Source: Candidatus Fimenecus sp. (lineage in GTDB: Bacteria > Bacillota > Clostridia > Oscillospirales > Acutalibacteraceae). From it: a stretch of DNA of 64,000 nucleotides. Positions 27,517-38,159 of this stretch are shown in pieces; the first letter of the stretch is position 1; each line of letters opens with the position of its first letter. The translations under genes were made by a program, and so were the position numbers. The notes below the pieces were generated by a model, which was given only the letters and a program-made list of their open reading frames with translations, did no database searches and was not told the DNA's origin. The stretch spans positions 135,718 to 199,717 of the forward strand of contig DAVZHW010000001.1 in the NCBI GenBank assembly GCA_052273625.1. The letters are read 5' to 3'.

Positions 27517-27707
27517 TTTCTCACATCCTATATTATGATATATTTATTCACATAAAAGTTTATCACATTTTAACGCAATAATAAAGAAAAAAGCAAATAA
27601 AAATTAAATTTTCTATAAAAGATAAATATTTGCATTGTAAGATTTCAAAAAATAGTATAAAATGTATAATAATAAACAATTTTAAGGTGTTTATAAGGAG
27701 GTTCAAA

Positions 27708-28925
27708 ATGAACGTTACTGAAAAAAGGCGAAGCTTTTTAATCAATGTGATGTACTTTGCCGTTCTTATTGGGTTGTTTTTTCTGTTTTTCAAATATGCT
27801 TTCGGAATTTGCCTTCCGCTTTTGACAGCGCTCTTTGTGGCTGCCGTGCTTCAAAAGCCTGTTGATTATCTTACAAAAAAAGCAAAGGGCGGACGTGGGA
27901 TTTTTTCTGCACTGCTTGTTATATTCTGCTTTGTGGTGCTCGGTTCGATTTTTGCGGTCGCACTTATGAAGCTCTTTTCTGAAATGAAATCATTTTTCAG
28001 CTTTTTAATGCTGAAGCTTGAAAATACATCTTTATTCATAGAGCAAGTGTGCACTTGGATTGAAACAAAGGTCACGATATTGCCTGACAATTTAAGGTCA
28101 AGCTTGTCGGCGTATGCAGAGGATATTCTTACAAACATTTTCGGCTCGGGAATTCCTGCTCCCGACGCACCGTCTGCCGCTGTTGAAAAGACGGGAGGCT
28201 TTGATTTTTCGTTGCTTGCTTCGCCGATCGGTGCTGTTTGGGGCACAGCGAAGCAAATTCCTGTCGTTGCGGTCGGAATTGTTGTTGCGATAGTATCGGG
28301 TTGCTTTATGACGGCCGATTACGCATCGCTCAAGAGCTTGGTTCTCAAGCTTGCGGGAGAAAAAAATTCCGCAAAAATTGTCAGAACAAAAAATATACTT
28401 TTCTCAACGCTCGGCAAAATGGGCAGGGCATATTGCATAATTATCCTTGTAACATTTTCCGAAATGGTTATAGGCTTATCGTTCCTCAAGCTTATCGGAG
28501 TATACACAGGCGGATATATTTTCGCAATTTCGTTGATAACTGCAATAGTCGATATTCTCCCCGTGCTCGGAACAGGAACGATATTGGTGCCTTGGGGCGT
28601 GTGGTCGCTTCTTACGGGTAATATCGGCTTCGGCATTGGCATATTGGTAGTCTATGCGATAATCACGGTAATAAGGCAAATAATCGAGCCGAAGCTTGTT
28701 GCTTCTCAGCTCGGACTTCCCGCTTATATTACAATTACCGCAATGTATATCGGAACGAGGCTGTTCGGATTTATCGGTCTTTTCCTTTTACCGATAAGCA
28801 TTATGGTACTGAAGGTGCTCAACGACGACGGCATTATTCACATATTCAGGAAGAAGCCTGTTACGGTAGAGGAGGTCAAGGCGGAGGTTGCCGCCGAAGA
28901 AGAGGAAGAGCAGAAAAATAGCTGA
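27708..28925 (+). CDS. ytvI: YtvI-type sporulation integral membrane protein (AI-2E/PerM family)
   Basis: ATG 27708 after AAGGAGG. DILPVLGTGTILVPWG...IRQIIEPKLV motif typical of YtvI/AI-2E transporters. Confidence 0.65.
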   Translation: MNVTEKRRSFLINVMYFAVLIGLFFLFFKYAFGICLPLLTALFVAAVLQKPVDYLTKKAKGGRGIFSALLVIFCFVVLGSIFAVALMKLFSEMKSFFSFLMLKLENTSLFIEQVCTWIETKVTILPDNLRSSLSAYAEDILTNIFGSGIPAPDAPSAAVEKTGGFDFSLLASPIGAVWGTAKQIPVVAVGIVVAIVSGCFMTADYASLKSLVLKLAGEKNSAKIVRTKNILFSTLGKMGRAYCIIILVTFSEMVIGLSFLKLIGVYTGGYIFAISLITAIVDILPVLGTGTILVPWGVWSLLTGNIGFGIGILVVYAIITVIRQIIEPKLVASQLGLPAYITITAMYIGTRLFGFIGLFLLPISIMVLKVLNDDGIIHIFRKKPVTVEEVKAEVAAEEEEEQKNS

Positions 28926-28938
28926 CGGAGAGATAACT

Positions 28939-29682
28939 ATGATTGATATTCATTGTCATATTTTACCCGGTATAGACGACGGCGCAAGAGATATAACGGA
29001 GTCTGCCGAGATGATAAATACGGCAAGGCTAAACAAAATCGATGCGATAATTGCCACGCCGCATTTTTTGAATTTCGACAAGATAGAGGACTTTTTGTTT
29101 AATCGGGACGAGGCTGTGCAAAGCTTCAAGGAGCTGCTTGAAAGCTTTGACAACAAGCCTGCGGTGGCTTACGGTGCGGAGGTTTTCCTTGACGGCAGGG
29201 TGTTTACGGCGGATAATCTCGACGAGCTCACTCTTAACAAAAGCAGGTATATGCTTTGCGAATATACGCTCAACCCGTTTGATACCGAAAAAGCCGTCCT
29301 TTACGCCGAAGAGCTTTGCGCAAGAGGCTATGTTCCGATAATAGCACATCCTGAGAGGTATATTTCATTTGCCGAAAGCCCCGAGGTTGTCAACAGGCTG
29401 TGGGATATGGGCTGTAAATTTCAGGTCAACGCTTCTTCACTTGCAGGAGCAGGCGGCGAGAATATGCGAAGCTTTACGGAGGACCTTGTTCTAAAGGGCT
29501 TTGCCGATTTTATCGCAACCGACGCACATTCCCACAAAAGAAGGAGCAACAGAATACTTGACAAGATAGAATATTTCCCCGAGAGCATAACCGAGGATAT
29601 GCTGAAATATCTTTTGGAGGATGCACCGTTAAGAGTCCTAAAGGACGAAGCTTTCCCCGAAAAAGAGGTTGAATATTTCTGA
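28939..29682 (+). CDS. PHP-family protein-tyrosine phosphatase (CpsB/YwqE type)
   Basis: MIDIHCHILPGIDDGA N-terminus, ATPH, AHPERY, TDAHS metal-binding motifs. Confidence 0.8.
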   Translation: MIDIHCHILPGIDDGARDITESAEMINTARLNKIDAIIATPHFLNFDKIEDFLFNRDEAVQSFKELLESFDNKPAVAYGAEVFLDGRVFTADNLDELTLNKSRYMLCEYTLNPFDTEKAVLYAEELCARGYVPIIAHPERYISFAESPEVVNRLWDMGCKFQVNASSLAGAGGENMRSFTEDLVLKGFADFIATDAHSHKRRSNRILDKIEYFPESITEDMLKYLLEDAPLRVLKDEAFPEKEVEYF

Positions 29683-29722
29683 TTTTCTCTATACCATTAT
29701 ATTATATATAGCAAAAAGGCGT

Positions 29723-29763
29723 CTGCCGAGGGTCAAAACAGGCTCTCGGCGGCTTGCTTTTTT
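29723..29763 (+). terminator. intrinsic terminator
   Basis: Stem CTGCCGAG/CTCGGCGG, followed after 5 nt by TTTTTT. Confidence 0.55.
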
Positions 29764-29866
29764 GAGGAAAAACAGGATAAAACACTAAATGTAGTGGTGG
29801 CGGAACACATGGTTACTATTATTAAAAAATTTCGGCTTTTTTCACGAACTTTTTTGTAAAAAGTTG

Positions 29867-29895
29867 TTGCATTTGCTAAAGATATGTGATAGAAT
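29867..29895 (+). promoter_or_regulatory. S10 operon promoter TTGCAT-17 nt-TAGAAT with TG extension
   Basis: TTGCAT 29867-29872, TGaTAGAAT 29887-29895. Roughly 290 nt upstream of rpsJ. Confidence 0.6.
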
Positions 29896-30094
29896 GTTCA
29901 GGCACGCTGTGGAATAGGCGAATTATGCCCATTTACCGGCGTTATGATATGCGATGATGTGATAGGTGGCTGCACTTGATGCAGGGAATTATCACGGAGT
30001 ATGTCCGATTACAAACCGGGCGAAATTATATGTTTTTCTTTATGTAGCGTACCCCAACTGCGTGAAACAAGGAAAAACTGTGTGCTTTTTAACG

Positions 30095-30116
30095 TCCGAA
30101 AATCTTCGGATTTTTA
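30095..30116 (+). promoter_or_regulatory. terminator-like hairpin inside the rpsJ leader (possible attenuator)
   Basis: TCCGAA-AATC-TTCGGA followed by TTTTTA, about 75 nt before the rpsJ ATG. Confidence 0.4.
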
Positions 30117-30189
30117 TATTGCAGAGGGTGGGAACACCCGGCAAGGTTGTTAAAAAGCGTTGCCCTAATTTTTCAAGGAGGAAAAACCA

Positions 30190-30504
30190 ATGGCAGCAGC
30201 AAAAGGCAAGAAAATCAGAATCAGACTTAAAGGCTACGATCACAACGTTGTTGACAAGGCAGCAGAGAAGATCGTTGAGACCGCAAAGCGCACAGGCGCT
30301 CAGGTTTCAGGTCCTGTTCCGCTTCCCACTGAGAAGGAAGTTGTTACTATCCTTCGTGCAGTTCACAAGTATAAGGACAGCCGTGAACAGTTTGAGCAGA
30401 GAACGCACAAAAGGCTTATCGACATTTTAAGACCCTCAAACAAAACTGTTGAGGCTCTTACAAGTCTTGAGCTTCCCGCAGGCGTTGAAGTTGAAATTAA
30501 ATAA
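30190..30504 (+). CDS. rpsJ: 30S ribosomal protein S10
   Basis: [29 protein letters not shown]. First gene of the S10 cluster. Confidence 0.97.
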   Translation: MAAAKGKKIRIRLKGYDHNVVDKAAEKIVETAKRTGAQVSGPVPLPTEKEVVTILRAVHKYKDSREQFEQRTHKRLIDILRPSNKTVEALTSLELPAGVEVEIK

Positions 30505-30568
30505 TTTCGCTTTACGCTTACAGGTCAAGTTGGCGAGAGCCAACCAATAACCAAAGGAGGAAATAAAA

Positions 30569-31204
30569 ATGAAAAAAGGTCTTATTGGTAAAAAGATCGG
30601 TATGACTCAGCTTTTCGACGAGAACGGTAAAGTAATTCCCGTTACAGTTGTTGAAGCAGGTCCGTGCACAGTCGTTCAGAAGAAGACCGTTGAAAACGAC
30701 GGTTATGCTGCAGTTCAGGTAGGTTACGGTGATGTTAAAATCACAAGAGTAAACAAGCCTGAGGCAGGTCACTTCAAGAAGGCTAATGTTGCACCGAAGA
30801 AAGTACTCAGAGAGTTCAGACTCGAAGACACAGACGCTCTTAACGTAGGCGATGTTCTCAAAGCAGACGTTTTCGCAGCAGGCGACAGAGTTGATGTTGT
30901 AGGTACAAGCAAGGGTAAAGGTACCGCAGGCGCAATCAAGAGATGGAACTTCTCGAGACTTAAAGAATCACACGGTACAGGTCCCGTAGCAAGACACGCA
31001 GGTTCATTGGGTGCTTGTTCGGATCCGTCAAGAGTTTACAAGGGAAAGAAGCTCGCAGGTCACCTCGGTGCTGAAAGAGTTACAATCCAGAACCTTGACG
31101 TAGTAAAGGTTGATGTTGAAAACAATCTCATCGCTGTCAAGGGTGCCATCCCCGGTCCCAAGGGCGGAATTGTTATTCTCGCAGACACAGTTAAGAGTAA
31201 GTAA
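30569..31204 (+). CDS. rplC: 50S ribosomal protein L3
   Basis: [30 protein letters not shown]. Conserved gene order. Confidence 0.97.
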   Translation: MKKGLIGKKIGMTQLFDENGKVIPVTVVEAGPCTVVQKKTVENDGYAAVQVGYGDVKITRVNKPEAGHFKKANVAPKKVLREFRLEDTDALNVGDVLKADVFAAGDRVDVVGTSKGKGTAGAIKRWNFSRLKESHGTGPVARHAGSLGACSDPSRVYKGKKLAGHLGAERVTIQNLDVVKVDVENNLIAVKGAIPGPKGGIVILADTVKSK

Positions 31205-31221
31205 GAAAGGAGTGTTGAAGA

Positions 31222-31845
31222 ATGGCTAAATTAGCAGTATTGGATAAAGCAGGTAAGAAAGTTTCTGATATCGAACTTAACGACGGTATCTTCGCAATCG
31301 AACCGAACATGTCGGCTATGCACCTCATGGTAGTAAGCTACCTTGCAGCGCAGCGTCAGGGCACTCAGTCAACACTTACTCGTTCCGAAGTTTCGGGCGG
31401 CGGTAAAAAGCCGTGGAGACAGAAGGGAACAGGTCGTGCAAGACAGGGTTCGACAAGATCTCCGCAGTGGACACACGGCGGTATCGCACTCGGACCGAAG
31501 CCCCGTGAATACGGTATCGATGTAAATAAGAAAGTCAGAAGACTCGCTATGAAGTCTGCTCTTTCAAGCAAGGTTGCCGAGAACGAGATGATCGTTGTTG
31601 ATTCACTCGCTATGGACGCAATCAAGACAAAGGAAATGGCAGGAGTTCTTTCAGCTGTCAACGCCGGAAAGAAAACTCTTATCGTTCTCCCCGAGAAAGA
31701 CGATGTAGTTTACAGAAGCGCTCGCAACATTGCAGGCACAAAGGTTTCTCTTGTAAACACACTTAATGTTTACGATATTCTTAATTGCAACACAATCGTT
31801 GTTGTTAAGGATGCGGTTTCAAAGATTGAGGAGGTATATGCATAA
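31222..31845 (+). CDS. rplD: 50S ribosomal protein L4
   Basis: [25 protein letters not shown]. Confidence 0.97.
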   Translation: MAKLAVLDKAGKKVSDIELNDGIFAIEPNMSAMHLMVVSYLAAQRQGTQSTLTRSEVSGGGKKPWRQKGTGRARQGSTRSPQWTHGGIALGPKPREYGIDVNKKVRRLAMKSALSSKVAENEMIVVDSLAMDAIKTKEMAGVLSAVNAGKKTLIVLPEKDDVVYRSARNIAGTKVSLVNTLNVYDILNCNTIVVVKDAVSKIEEVYA

Positions 31846-32138
31846 TGAAATTTGCTCAGGATATTATCCTCCGTCCGGTAATCACAGAGGAAAGCATGAT
31901 GGGCACTGCCGAGAAGAAATATTCCTTCAAGGTTGCTAAAGATGCTACAAAACCCGAAATTAAAGAAGCTGTTGAAAAACTTTTCGGCGTTAAGGTCGCT
32001 AAAGTCAACACAATGAATTGCAAAGGTCATTTGAGAAGATACGGTCGCTTCGAGGGTTATACAGAGTCTTGGAAAAAGGCTGTTGTTACTCTTACAGAAG
32101 ACAGCAAGACTATTGAATTCTTCGACGGAATGATGTAA
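31845..32138 (+). CDS. rplW: 50S ribosomal protein L23
   Basis: [11 protein letters not shown]...KFSFKV-type pattern, taATGa overlap with rplD. Confidence 0.95.
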   Translation: MKFAQDIILRPVITEESMMGTAEKKYSFKVAKDATKPEIKEAVEKLFGVKVAKVNTMNCKGHLRRYGRFEGYTESWKKAVVTLTEDSKTIEFFDGMM

Positions 32139-32203
32139 TAACTCAACGGTAATGTATGGAGTCAAGACAGCTCCGCTAAGCCGTTATTAAGGAGAGTGAA
32201 AAA

Positions 32204-33034
32204 ATGTCTATAAAGGTCTATAAGCCGACTATCAACTCAAGACGTAATATGTCGGTTACAGATTATTCCGAACTTTCAAAGGTCGCTCCCGAGAGAAGTC
32301 TCCTTGCTCCTCTTAAGAAGAATGCAGGCCGTAACAGTTACGGAAGAATTACCGTTCGTCATAAGGGCGGCGGAAACAGAAGAAAATACAGAATTATCGA
32401 CTTCAAGAGAGATAAAGAGAGCGTAGCAACCGTTCTTACGATTGAATACGATCCCAACCGTTCATCTCACATCGCACTCGTTCAGTACGAGGACGGCGAA
32501 AAGAGATATATCCTTGCTCCTGTCGGTCTTAAAGTAGGCGACAAGGTTGAAGAGGGTGAGAACGCAGATATTAAAGTCGGTAACTCACTTAAGCTTAAGG
32601 ACATCCCCACCGGTACTGTTGTTCACAACGTTGAGCTTTATCCCGGCAGAGGCGGTCAGTTGGCAAGAGCAGCCGGTAACTCGGCACAGCTTATGGCTAA
32701 GGAAAACGCACTTGCACTTCTTCGTCTTCCTTCAGGCGAGCTTCGTAATGTTTCTGCAGAGTGCAGAGCAACAATCGGTACAGTAGGCAACGCTGATCAT
32801 GAAAATGTTAAGCTTGGTAAGGCCGGCCGTACTCGTCACTTAGGTGTTAGACCCACAGTTCGCGGTTCTGTCATGAACCCGAATGACCACCCGCACGGCG
32901 GTGGTGAAGGTAAAGCTCCGATCGGTCGTCCCGGTCCCTGCACACCTTGGGGTAAACCTGCTCTTGGCTATAAGACAAGAAATAAGAAAAAGGCTTCTAA
33001 CAAGATGATTGTTAAACGCCGCAACGGTAAATAA
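32204..33034 (+). CDS. rplB: 50S ribosomal protein L2
   Basis: [36 protein letters not shown]. Confidence 0.97.
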   Translation: MSIKVYKPTINSRRNMSVTDYSELSKVAPERSLLAPLKKNAGRNSYGRITVRHKGGGNRRKYRIIDFKRDKESVATVLTIEYDPNRSSHIALVQYEDGEKRYILAPVGLKVGDKVEEGENADIKVGNSLKLKDIPTGTVVHNVELYPGRGGQLARAAGNSAQLMAKENALALLRLPSGELRNVSAECRATIGTVGNADHENVKLGKAGRTRHLGVRPTVRGSVMNPNDHPHGGGEGKAPIGRPGPCTPWGKPALGYKTRNKKKASNKMIVKRRNGK

Positions 33035-33052
33035 GAGAAGGGAGTGTAGATT

Positions 33053-33334
33053 ATGAGCAGAAGTACTAAAAAAGGACCTTTTGTGGATGCTAAGTTGTTC
33101 AAGAAGGTTCAGGAAATGAACAAGAACGGCGAAAAGATCGTTCTCAAGACATGGAGCCGCAGCTCTACTATATTCCCGGATTTTGTCGGACATACATTTG
33201 CTGTTCATGACGGCAGAAAGCATGTTCCGGTATATGTTACCGAAGATATGGTAGGTCACAAGCTTGGTGAATTTGCACCGACAAGAACCTTCAAAGGTCA
33301 TGCCGGTTCAAAGACTTCAAATAACGGTAAATAA
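33053..33334 (+). CDS. rpsS: 30S ribosomal protein S19
   Basis: [12 protein letters not shown]...[29 protein letters not shown]. Confidence 0.97.
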   Translation: MSRSTKKGPFVDAKLFKKVQEMNKNGEKIVLKTWSRSSTIFPDFVGHTFAVHDGRKHVPVYVTEDMVGHKLGEFAPTRTFKGHAGSKTSNNGK

Positions 33335-33359
33335 TCAGTCGAAAGGAGTGTATTAACTA

Positions 33360-33692
33360 ATGGAAGCAACGGCAAAGGTAACAAATGTACGCATTGCGCC
33401 CCGTAAGGTTCAGATCGTACTTGACTTAATCAGAAACAAGCCTTGCGAAGAAGCATTAGCTATTCTCAAGTACACACCCAAGGCTGCGTGTGAACCGCTT
33501 GAAAAGCTTTTGAAATCAGCAATGGCAAATGCAGAAAACAAAGACATGGATACATCAAGACTCTACATTGCGTCTTGCCATGTTGACCAGGGCCCCACTC
33601 TCAAGAGAATCAGACCGAGAGCACAGGGCCGTGCATTCAGAATAAACAAAAAGACTTCGCACATTTATCTTGTGCTTAAAGAAGCAGAATAA
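33360..33692 (+). CDS. rplV: 50S ribosomal protein L22
   Basis: [17 protein letters not shown]...[17 protein letters not shown]. Confidence 0.96.
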   Translation: MEATAKVTNVRIAPRKVQIVLDLIRNKPCEEALAILKYTPKAACEPLEKLLKSAMANAENKDMDTSRLYIASCHVDQGPTLKRIRPRAQGRAFRINKKTSHIYLVLKEAE

Positions 33693-33711
33693 GTGAGGAG
33701 GAGGTAATACA

Positions 33712-34383
33712 ATGGGTCAGAAAATAAATCCTACCGGACTTCGTATCGGTGTTATTAAGGATTGGGAGTCACGTTGGTACTCCGACAAAAAAGATTTCGG
33801 CGATACTCTTGTATCGGACGTAAAGCTCCGTAAGTATCTCCTTGAGTCACTTGCTCCTGCAGGTGTGCCGAAGGTAGAAATCGAAAGAGATGCGAAGAGA
33901 GTTCGTGTCAACATTCATTGCGCTAAGCCCGGTATGGTTATCGGTAAAGGTGGCGCAGAAATCGAAAAGCTCAAAGCAACCTGCAAGAAAATGCTTGGCG
34001 GCGACAAAGAGGTTTTCGTAAACATTATTGAAATTAAACAGCCCGACCTCAATGCTCAGCTCGTTGCAGAGAACATCGCTTCTCAGCTCGAAAGAAGAAT
34101 TTCTTTCAGACGTGCTCTTAAGCAGTCAATCGGCAGAACAATGAAGCTCGGTGCTAAGGGTATTAAGACACAGGTTAGCGGTCGTATCGGCGGTGCTGAA
34201 ATCGCACGTACCGAGAGCTATCATGAAGGTACTATCCCGCTTCAGACCATCCGTGCTGACATCGACTATGGCTTTGCTGAGGCAAAGACAACTTACGGTC
34301 GTATCGGCGTTAAGGTATGGATCTACAACGGCGAAGTTCTTCACGACAGCCGCAAGCCTCGCAAGGAAGGAGGCACAAAATAA
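33712..34383 (+). CDS. rpsC: 30S ribosomal protein S3
   Basis: [25 protein letters not shown] domain. Confidence 0.97.
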   Translation: MGQKINPTGLRIGVIKDWESRWYSDKKDFGDTLVSDVKLRKYLLESLAPAGVPKVEIERDAKRVRVNIHCAKPGMVIGKGGAEIEKLKATCKKMLGGDKEVFVNIIEIKQPDLNAQLVAENIASQLERRISFRRALKQSIGRTMKLGAKGIKTQVSGRIGGAEIARTESYHEGTIPLQTIRADIDYGFAEAKTTYGRIGVKVWIYNGEVLHDSRKPRKEGGTK

Positions 34384-34814
34384 TGTTGTTACCTAAGAGA
34401 GTTAAATACCGCAGAGTTCAGAGAGGTCGTTTGACCGGTACCGCAACAAGAGGTAATAAAGTCAACTACGGTGAATACGGTCTTGTGTCTCTTGAGCCTG
34501 CTTGGATCACAGCAAATCAGATCGAAGCTGCCCGTATCGCTATGACAAGATATATCAAGCGTGGCGGTCAGGTTTGGATAAAAATCTTCCCGGATAAGCC
34601 CATCACAGAGAAACCCGCTGAAACCCGAATGGGTTCAGGTAAAGGTTCACCCGAATACTGGGTTGCAGTTGTTAAACCCGGCAGAGTAATGTTCGAGATT
34701 GCAGGTGTTCCGGAAGAGACAGCCCGTGAGGCTATGCGTCTTGCAGCTAACAAGCTTCCCGTTAAGTGCAAGTTTGTTACCAAGGCAGAACAAGAAGAGG
34801 ATGGTGAGCAATAA
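34383..34814 (+). CDS. rplP: 50S ribosomal protein L16
   Basis: Start at ATG 34383 (taATG overlap with the rpsC stop) gives [16 protein letters not shown]. The listed ORF start 34317 lies inside rpsC. Confidence 0.96.
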   Translation: MLLPKRVKYRRVQRGRLTGTATRGNKVNYGEYGLVSLEPAWITANQIEAARIAMTRYIKRGGQVWIKIFPDKPITEKPAETRMGSGKGSPEYWVAVVKPGRVMFEIAGVPEETAREAMRLAANKLPVKCKFVTKAEQEEDGEQ

Positions 34815-35017
34815 TGAAAGCAAATGAAATCAAGAAACTCTCCCCCTCAGAGTTGGATGCTAAACTCTTGGAGTTGAAGGACGAGCTTTTTAAGTTACGC
34901 TTCCAGCAGGCCATCAACCAACTCGATAATCCAATGCGTATCAGTGCCGTTAAGAAGGATATCGCAAGAGTAAAAACAGTAATCCGTGATATCGAATTGC
35001 ACGGCAACGAAGGCTAA
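34814..35017 (+). CDS. rpmC: 50S ribosomal protein L29
   Basis: 67 aa. [14 protein letters not shown]. Confidence 0.95.
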   Translation: MKANEIKKLSPSELDAKLLELKDELFKLRFQQAINQLDNPMRISAVKKDIARVKTVIRDIELHGNEG

Positions 35018-35037
35018 GGAAAGGGAGGACAATCGTA

Positions 35038-35295
35038 ATGAGTGAAAGAAATCTCAGAAAAACTCAGGTTGGTATCGTAACAAGCGATAAGATGGACAAA
35101 ACTGTAGTTATTTCCATTAAAGACAGAGTTCAGCATCCGCTTTACAAGAAGATCGTCAACCGTACAGTTAAAATTAAGGCTCATGACGAGAACAACCAGT
35201 GTGGCGTAGGCGACAAGGTTCTTGTTATGGAAACCCGTCCTCTCTCAAAAGATAAGAGATGGCGTGTTGTAGAAATCATCGAGAAAGCGAAATAA
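35038..35295 (+). CDS. rpsQ: 30S ribosomal protein S17
   Basis: [16 protein letters not shown]...HPLYKK...KAHDENN...GD.V...ETRPLSK. Confidence 0.96.
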   Translation: MSERNLRKTQVGIVTSDKMDKTVVISIKDRVQHPLYKKIVNRTVKIKAHDENNQCGVGDKVLVMETRPLSKDKRWRVVEIIEKAK

Positions 35296-35316
35296 TTTTC
35301 TAAGGAGGAAATTACT

Positions 35317-35685
35317 GTGGTACAACAACAGACTTACCTCAAAGTTGCCGATAACACCGGTGCGAAAGAAATTATGTGCATTCGTGTACTCGGTGGTTCA
35401 GGCAGAAGGTATGCTAATATAGGCGATGTTATAGTTGCATCTGTCAAAAAAGCAGCACCCGGCGGCGTTGTTAAAAAAGGCGATGTAGTTAAAGCAGTAG
35501 TCGTAAGATCATGCAGCGGTGTTCGCAGAGATGACGGTACTTATATCCGTTTCGACGAAAACGCAGCAGTTTTGATTAAAGATGATAAGACCCCCAGAGG
35601 TACTCGTATCTTTGGACCGGTAGCAAGAGAGCTTCGTGATAAGGATTACATGAAAATCCTTTCGCTCGCTCCCGAAGTACTTTAA
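35317..35685 (+). CDS. rplN: 50S ribosomal protein L14
   Basis: GTG start. [27 protein letters not shown]. Confidence 0.97.
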   Translation: MVQQQTYLKVADNTGAKEIMCIRVLGGSGRRYANIGDVIVASVKKAAPGGVVKKGDVVKAVVVRSCSGVRRDDGTYIRFDENAAVLIKDDKTPRGTRIFGPVARELRDKDYMKILSLAPEVL

Positions 35686-35699
35686 GGAGGTGCCTGATA

Positions 35700-36020
35700 A
35701 TGAATAAAGTTCATGTTAAAACAGGTGATACCGTTGTAGTAATCAATGGCAAAAACCGTGGCAAAAAAGGCAAGGTTATGCAGGTCAGCCCTTCTGAAGG
35801 TAAGGTTATCGTTGAGGGCGTAAACATGGTAACAAAGCATGTTAAGCCCCGTCAGATGGGTGAGCCCGGCGGACTTATCAAGGCTGAAAGCGCTTTGTAC
35901 GCTGACAAGGTTCAGCTTGTTTGCCCGAAGTGCGGTGAGGCTACAAGAGTAGGCCACGCAATCGGCAAAGACAATAAAAAGATGAGAGTTTGCAAGAAGT
36001 GCAACGCTCAGTTTGAATAA
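35700..36020 (+). CDS. rplX: 50S ribosomal protein L24 (with C-terminal CxxC...CxxC)
   Basis: VKTGDTVVVINGKNRGKKGKV KOW motif. Cys at residues 75, 78, 98 and 101. Confidence 0.96.
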   Translation: MNKVHVKTGDTVVVINGKNRGKKGKVMQVSPSEGKVIVEGVNMVTKHVKPRQMGEPGGLIKAESALYADKVQLVCPKCGEATRVGHAIGKDNKKMRVCKKCNAQFE

Positions 36021-36036
36021 GGGAGGGACATAACAC

Positions 36037-36579
36037 ATGGCAGCAAGACTTAAAGAAATGTATAAAAATGAAGTTGCTCCTGCACTTCAGAAAAAGTTCG
36101 GCTACAAGAGCGTTATGCAGATCCCGAAACTCGACAAGATTATCATTAACGTAGGCTGCGGCGAAGCAAAGGACAACTCAAAGGTTGTAAGCGCTATCGT
36201 AAACGACCTTTCAATCATCACAGGTCAGAAGCCTGTTGAATGTAAGGCTAAAAAGTCAGTCGCAAACTTCAAACTTCGTGAAGGTATGACAATCGGTGTT
36301 AAGGTAACGCTCAGAGGCGACAGAATGTATGAATTCTTAGACAGATTCTTCAATCTCGCTCTTCCGAGAGTAAGAGACTTCAGAGGTATCAACCCCAACT
36401 CATTTGACGGCAGAGGCAACTATGCTATGGGCGTTAAAGAGCAGTTGATTTTCCCTGAAATCGAGTACGACAAAATCGACGCAGTACGTGGCATGGACAT
36501 TTGCTTCGTTACAACTGCTAACACTGACGAAGAGGCTCGTGAGCTCTTGACTCTTATGGGCGCTCCGTTCGAGAAATAA
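36037..36579 (+). CDS. rplE: 50S ribosomal protein L5
   Basis: [37 protein letters not shown]. Confidence 0.97.
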   Translation: MAARLKEMYKNEVAPALQKKFGYKSVMQIPKLDKIIINVGCGEAKDNSKVVSAIVNDLSIITGQKPVECKAKKSVANFKLREGMTIGVKVTLRGDRMYEFLDRFFNLALPRVRDFRGINPNSFDGRGNYAMGVKEQLIFPEIEYDKIDAVRGMDICFVTTANTDEEARELLTLMGAPFEK

Positions 36580-36592
36580 GGAGGGATAACAA

Positions 36593-36778
36593 GTGGCTAA
36601 GAAATCAATGAAGGTAAAGGCAGCAAGAACTGCTAAATACTCAACAAGAGAACACAACAGATGTAAGATCTGCGGTAGGCCGCACGCTTATCTCCGTAAA
36701 TACGGTGTTTGCCGTATTTGTTTCAGAAAGTTGGCACATGCGGGACAGATCCCCGGCGTTAAGAAAGCAAGCTGGTAA
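36593..36778 (+). CDS. rpsN: 30S ribosomal protein S14, type Z (zinc-binding, 61 aa)
   Basis: GTG start. [22 protein letters not shown]. Confidence 0.96.
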   Translation: MAKKSMKVKAARTAKYSTREHNRCKICGRPHAYLRKYGVCRICFRKLAHAGQIPGVKKASW

Positions 36779-36807
36779 TCAAGAGCAATTGCAAAGGAGG
36801 CAAAAGT

Positions 36808-37206
36808 ATGCAAATATCCGATTCAATCGGCGATATGCTTACAAGAATTCGTAATGCGAATTCAGCAAAGCACGATACCGTTAAGGTTCCTGCATCAAAC
36901 ATGAAAAAGGCAATTGCTCAGATTCTTGTTGATGAAGGATATATCAAAGGATTTAAGGTTGAAGAAGACGGCAAACAGGGCATCATTGAGATTGAGCTCA
37001 AGTACGGTCCCAACAAGTCTTCGGTAATCACCGGTTTACGCAGAGTTTCAAAGCCCGGTCTGCGTATATACACAGATTGCGAAAATATGCCTAAGGTTAT
37101 CAAAGGCCTCGGTATCGCAATTCTTTCCACATCAAAGGGCGTTATGACAGACAAGGACGCACGCAAGGCTAATGTTGGCGGCGAAGTTCTTGCATTCGTT
37201 TGGTAA
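36808..37206 (+). CDS. rpsH: 30S ribosomal protein S8
   Basis: [18 protein letters not shown]...STSKGVMTD. Confidence 0.97.
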   Translation: MQISDSIGDMLTRIRNANSAKHDTVKVPASNMKKAIAQILVDEGYIKGFKVEEDGKQGIIEIELKYGPNKSSVITGLRRVSKPGLRIYTDCENMPKVIKGLGIAILSTSKGVMTDKDARKANVGGEVLAFVW

Positions 37207-37218
37207 GGAGGTTACAGT

Positions 37219-37764
37219 ATGTCAAGAATCGGCAGACAGCCCATCGCTGTTCCTGCAGGCGTTGATGTAACAATCGACGGCAGTACTGTTACCGTTAAGG
37301 GCCCCAAGGGTACTCTTACCAGAACAGTACACAGCAACATGAGCGTTGCTATGGACAACGGTGAAATCAAAGTTACTCGTCCCGACGAGTCAAATCTTAA
37401 CAAGGCTCTTCACGGCTTAACTCGTACACTTATCCACAACATGGTAATTGGTGTTACAGAGGGTTATACAAAAGAGCTTGAAGTTAACGGTGTAGGTTAC
37501 CGTGCAGCTAAGCAGGGCAAGGATCTTGTTCTCAACATTGGCTTCTCACATCAGGTAATCATGCCCGAAATCGACGGAATTTCAGTAGAAGTTCCCAATC
37601 CCAACAAAATCGTTATTTCCGGTGCCGACAAGCAGATGGTTGGACAGTTCGCAGCAGAAGTACGTGAAAAGCGTCCGCCCGAGCCCTATAAAGGTAAAGG
37701 TATTAAGTATGTTGACGAGCATATTCGCCGCAAAGAAGGTAAAGCCGGTAAAGGCGGAAAATAA
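37219..37764 (+). CDS. rplF: 50S ribosomal protein L6
   Basis: [31 protein letters not shown]. Confidence 0.97.
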   Translation: MSRIGRQPIAVPAGVDVTIDGSTVTVKGPKGTLTRTVHSNMSVAMDNGEIKVTRPDESNLNKALHGLTRTLIHNMVIGVTEGYTKELEVNGVGYRAAKQGKDLVLNIGFSHQVIMPEIDGISVEVPNPNKIVISGADKQMVGQFAAEVREKRPPEPYKGKGIKYVDEHIRRKEGKAGKGGK

Positions 37765-37782
37765 TAAAAGGAGTGTATTTAA

Positions 37783-38142
37783 ATGGTTAGTAGGCCTGAT
37801 AGCAATAAGGCAAGACTTAAACGCCACACAAGAGTTCGCTCTAAGGTTTCCGGCACAGCTGAGTGCCCCCGCCTTGATGTTTTCCGCTCTCTTCAGAACA
37901 TCTACGCTCAGTTGATTGATGACACAACAGGTACAACACTTGTTTCTGCATCAACAGTTGAAAAAGAGTTCAAGGAGTACGGCGGAAACAAAGATGCTGC
38001 TCGTGCAGTTGGCAAGAAATTAGCAGAAAGAGCCCTTGAGAAGAACATCAAGGATGTTGTATTCGACAGAGGCGGTTATGTATATCACGGCAGAGTTGCG
38101 GAACTCGCTGAAGGCGCTCGTGAGGGCGGACTTAACTTCTAA
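37783..38142 (+). CDS. rplR: 50S ribosomal protein L18
   Basis: [23 protein letters not shown]...[12 protein letters not shown]. Confidence 0.96.
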   Translation: MVSRPDSNKARLKRHTRVRSKVSGTAECPRLDVFRSLQNIYAQLIDDTTGTTLVSASTVEKEFKEYGGNKDAARAVGKKLAERALEKNIKDVVFDRGGYVYHGRVAELAEGAREGGLNF

Positions 38143-38159
38143 GAAAGGAGAACAGAAAA

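Noticed and set aside
27630-27707. Upstream extensions of several ORF-track entries. Examples: 27630 for ytvI, 28888 for the phosphatase, 34317 for rplP, 40624 for adk, 42701 for rpsM, 21454 for the lipoprotein, 51473 for the cyclase, 58515 for the membrane protein.
   Set aside because: An internal ATG preceded by a good Shine-Dalgarno sequence reproduces the family-typical N-terminus. The extensions overlap upstream genes or promoters.
29966-30430. 154-aa ORF spanning the S10 leader and running into rpsJ in another frame.
   Set aside because: It overlaps the unmistakable rpsJ reading frame, has no RBS, and its Arg/Lys-rich translation looks like an out-of-frame artefact. The region is better explained as a 5' leader.
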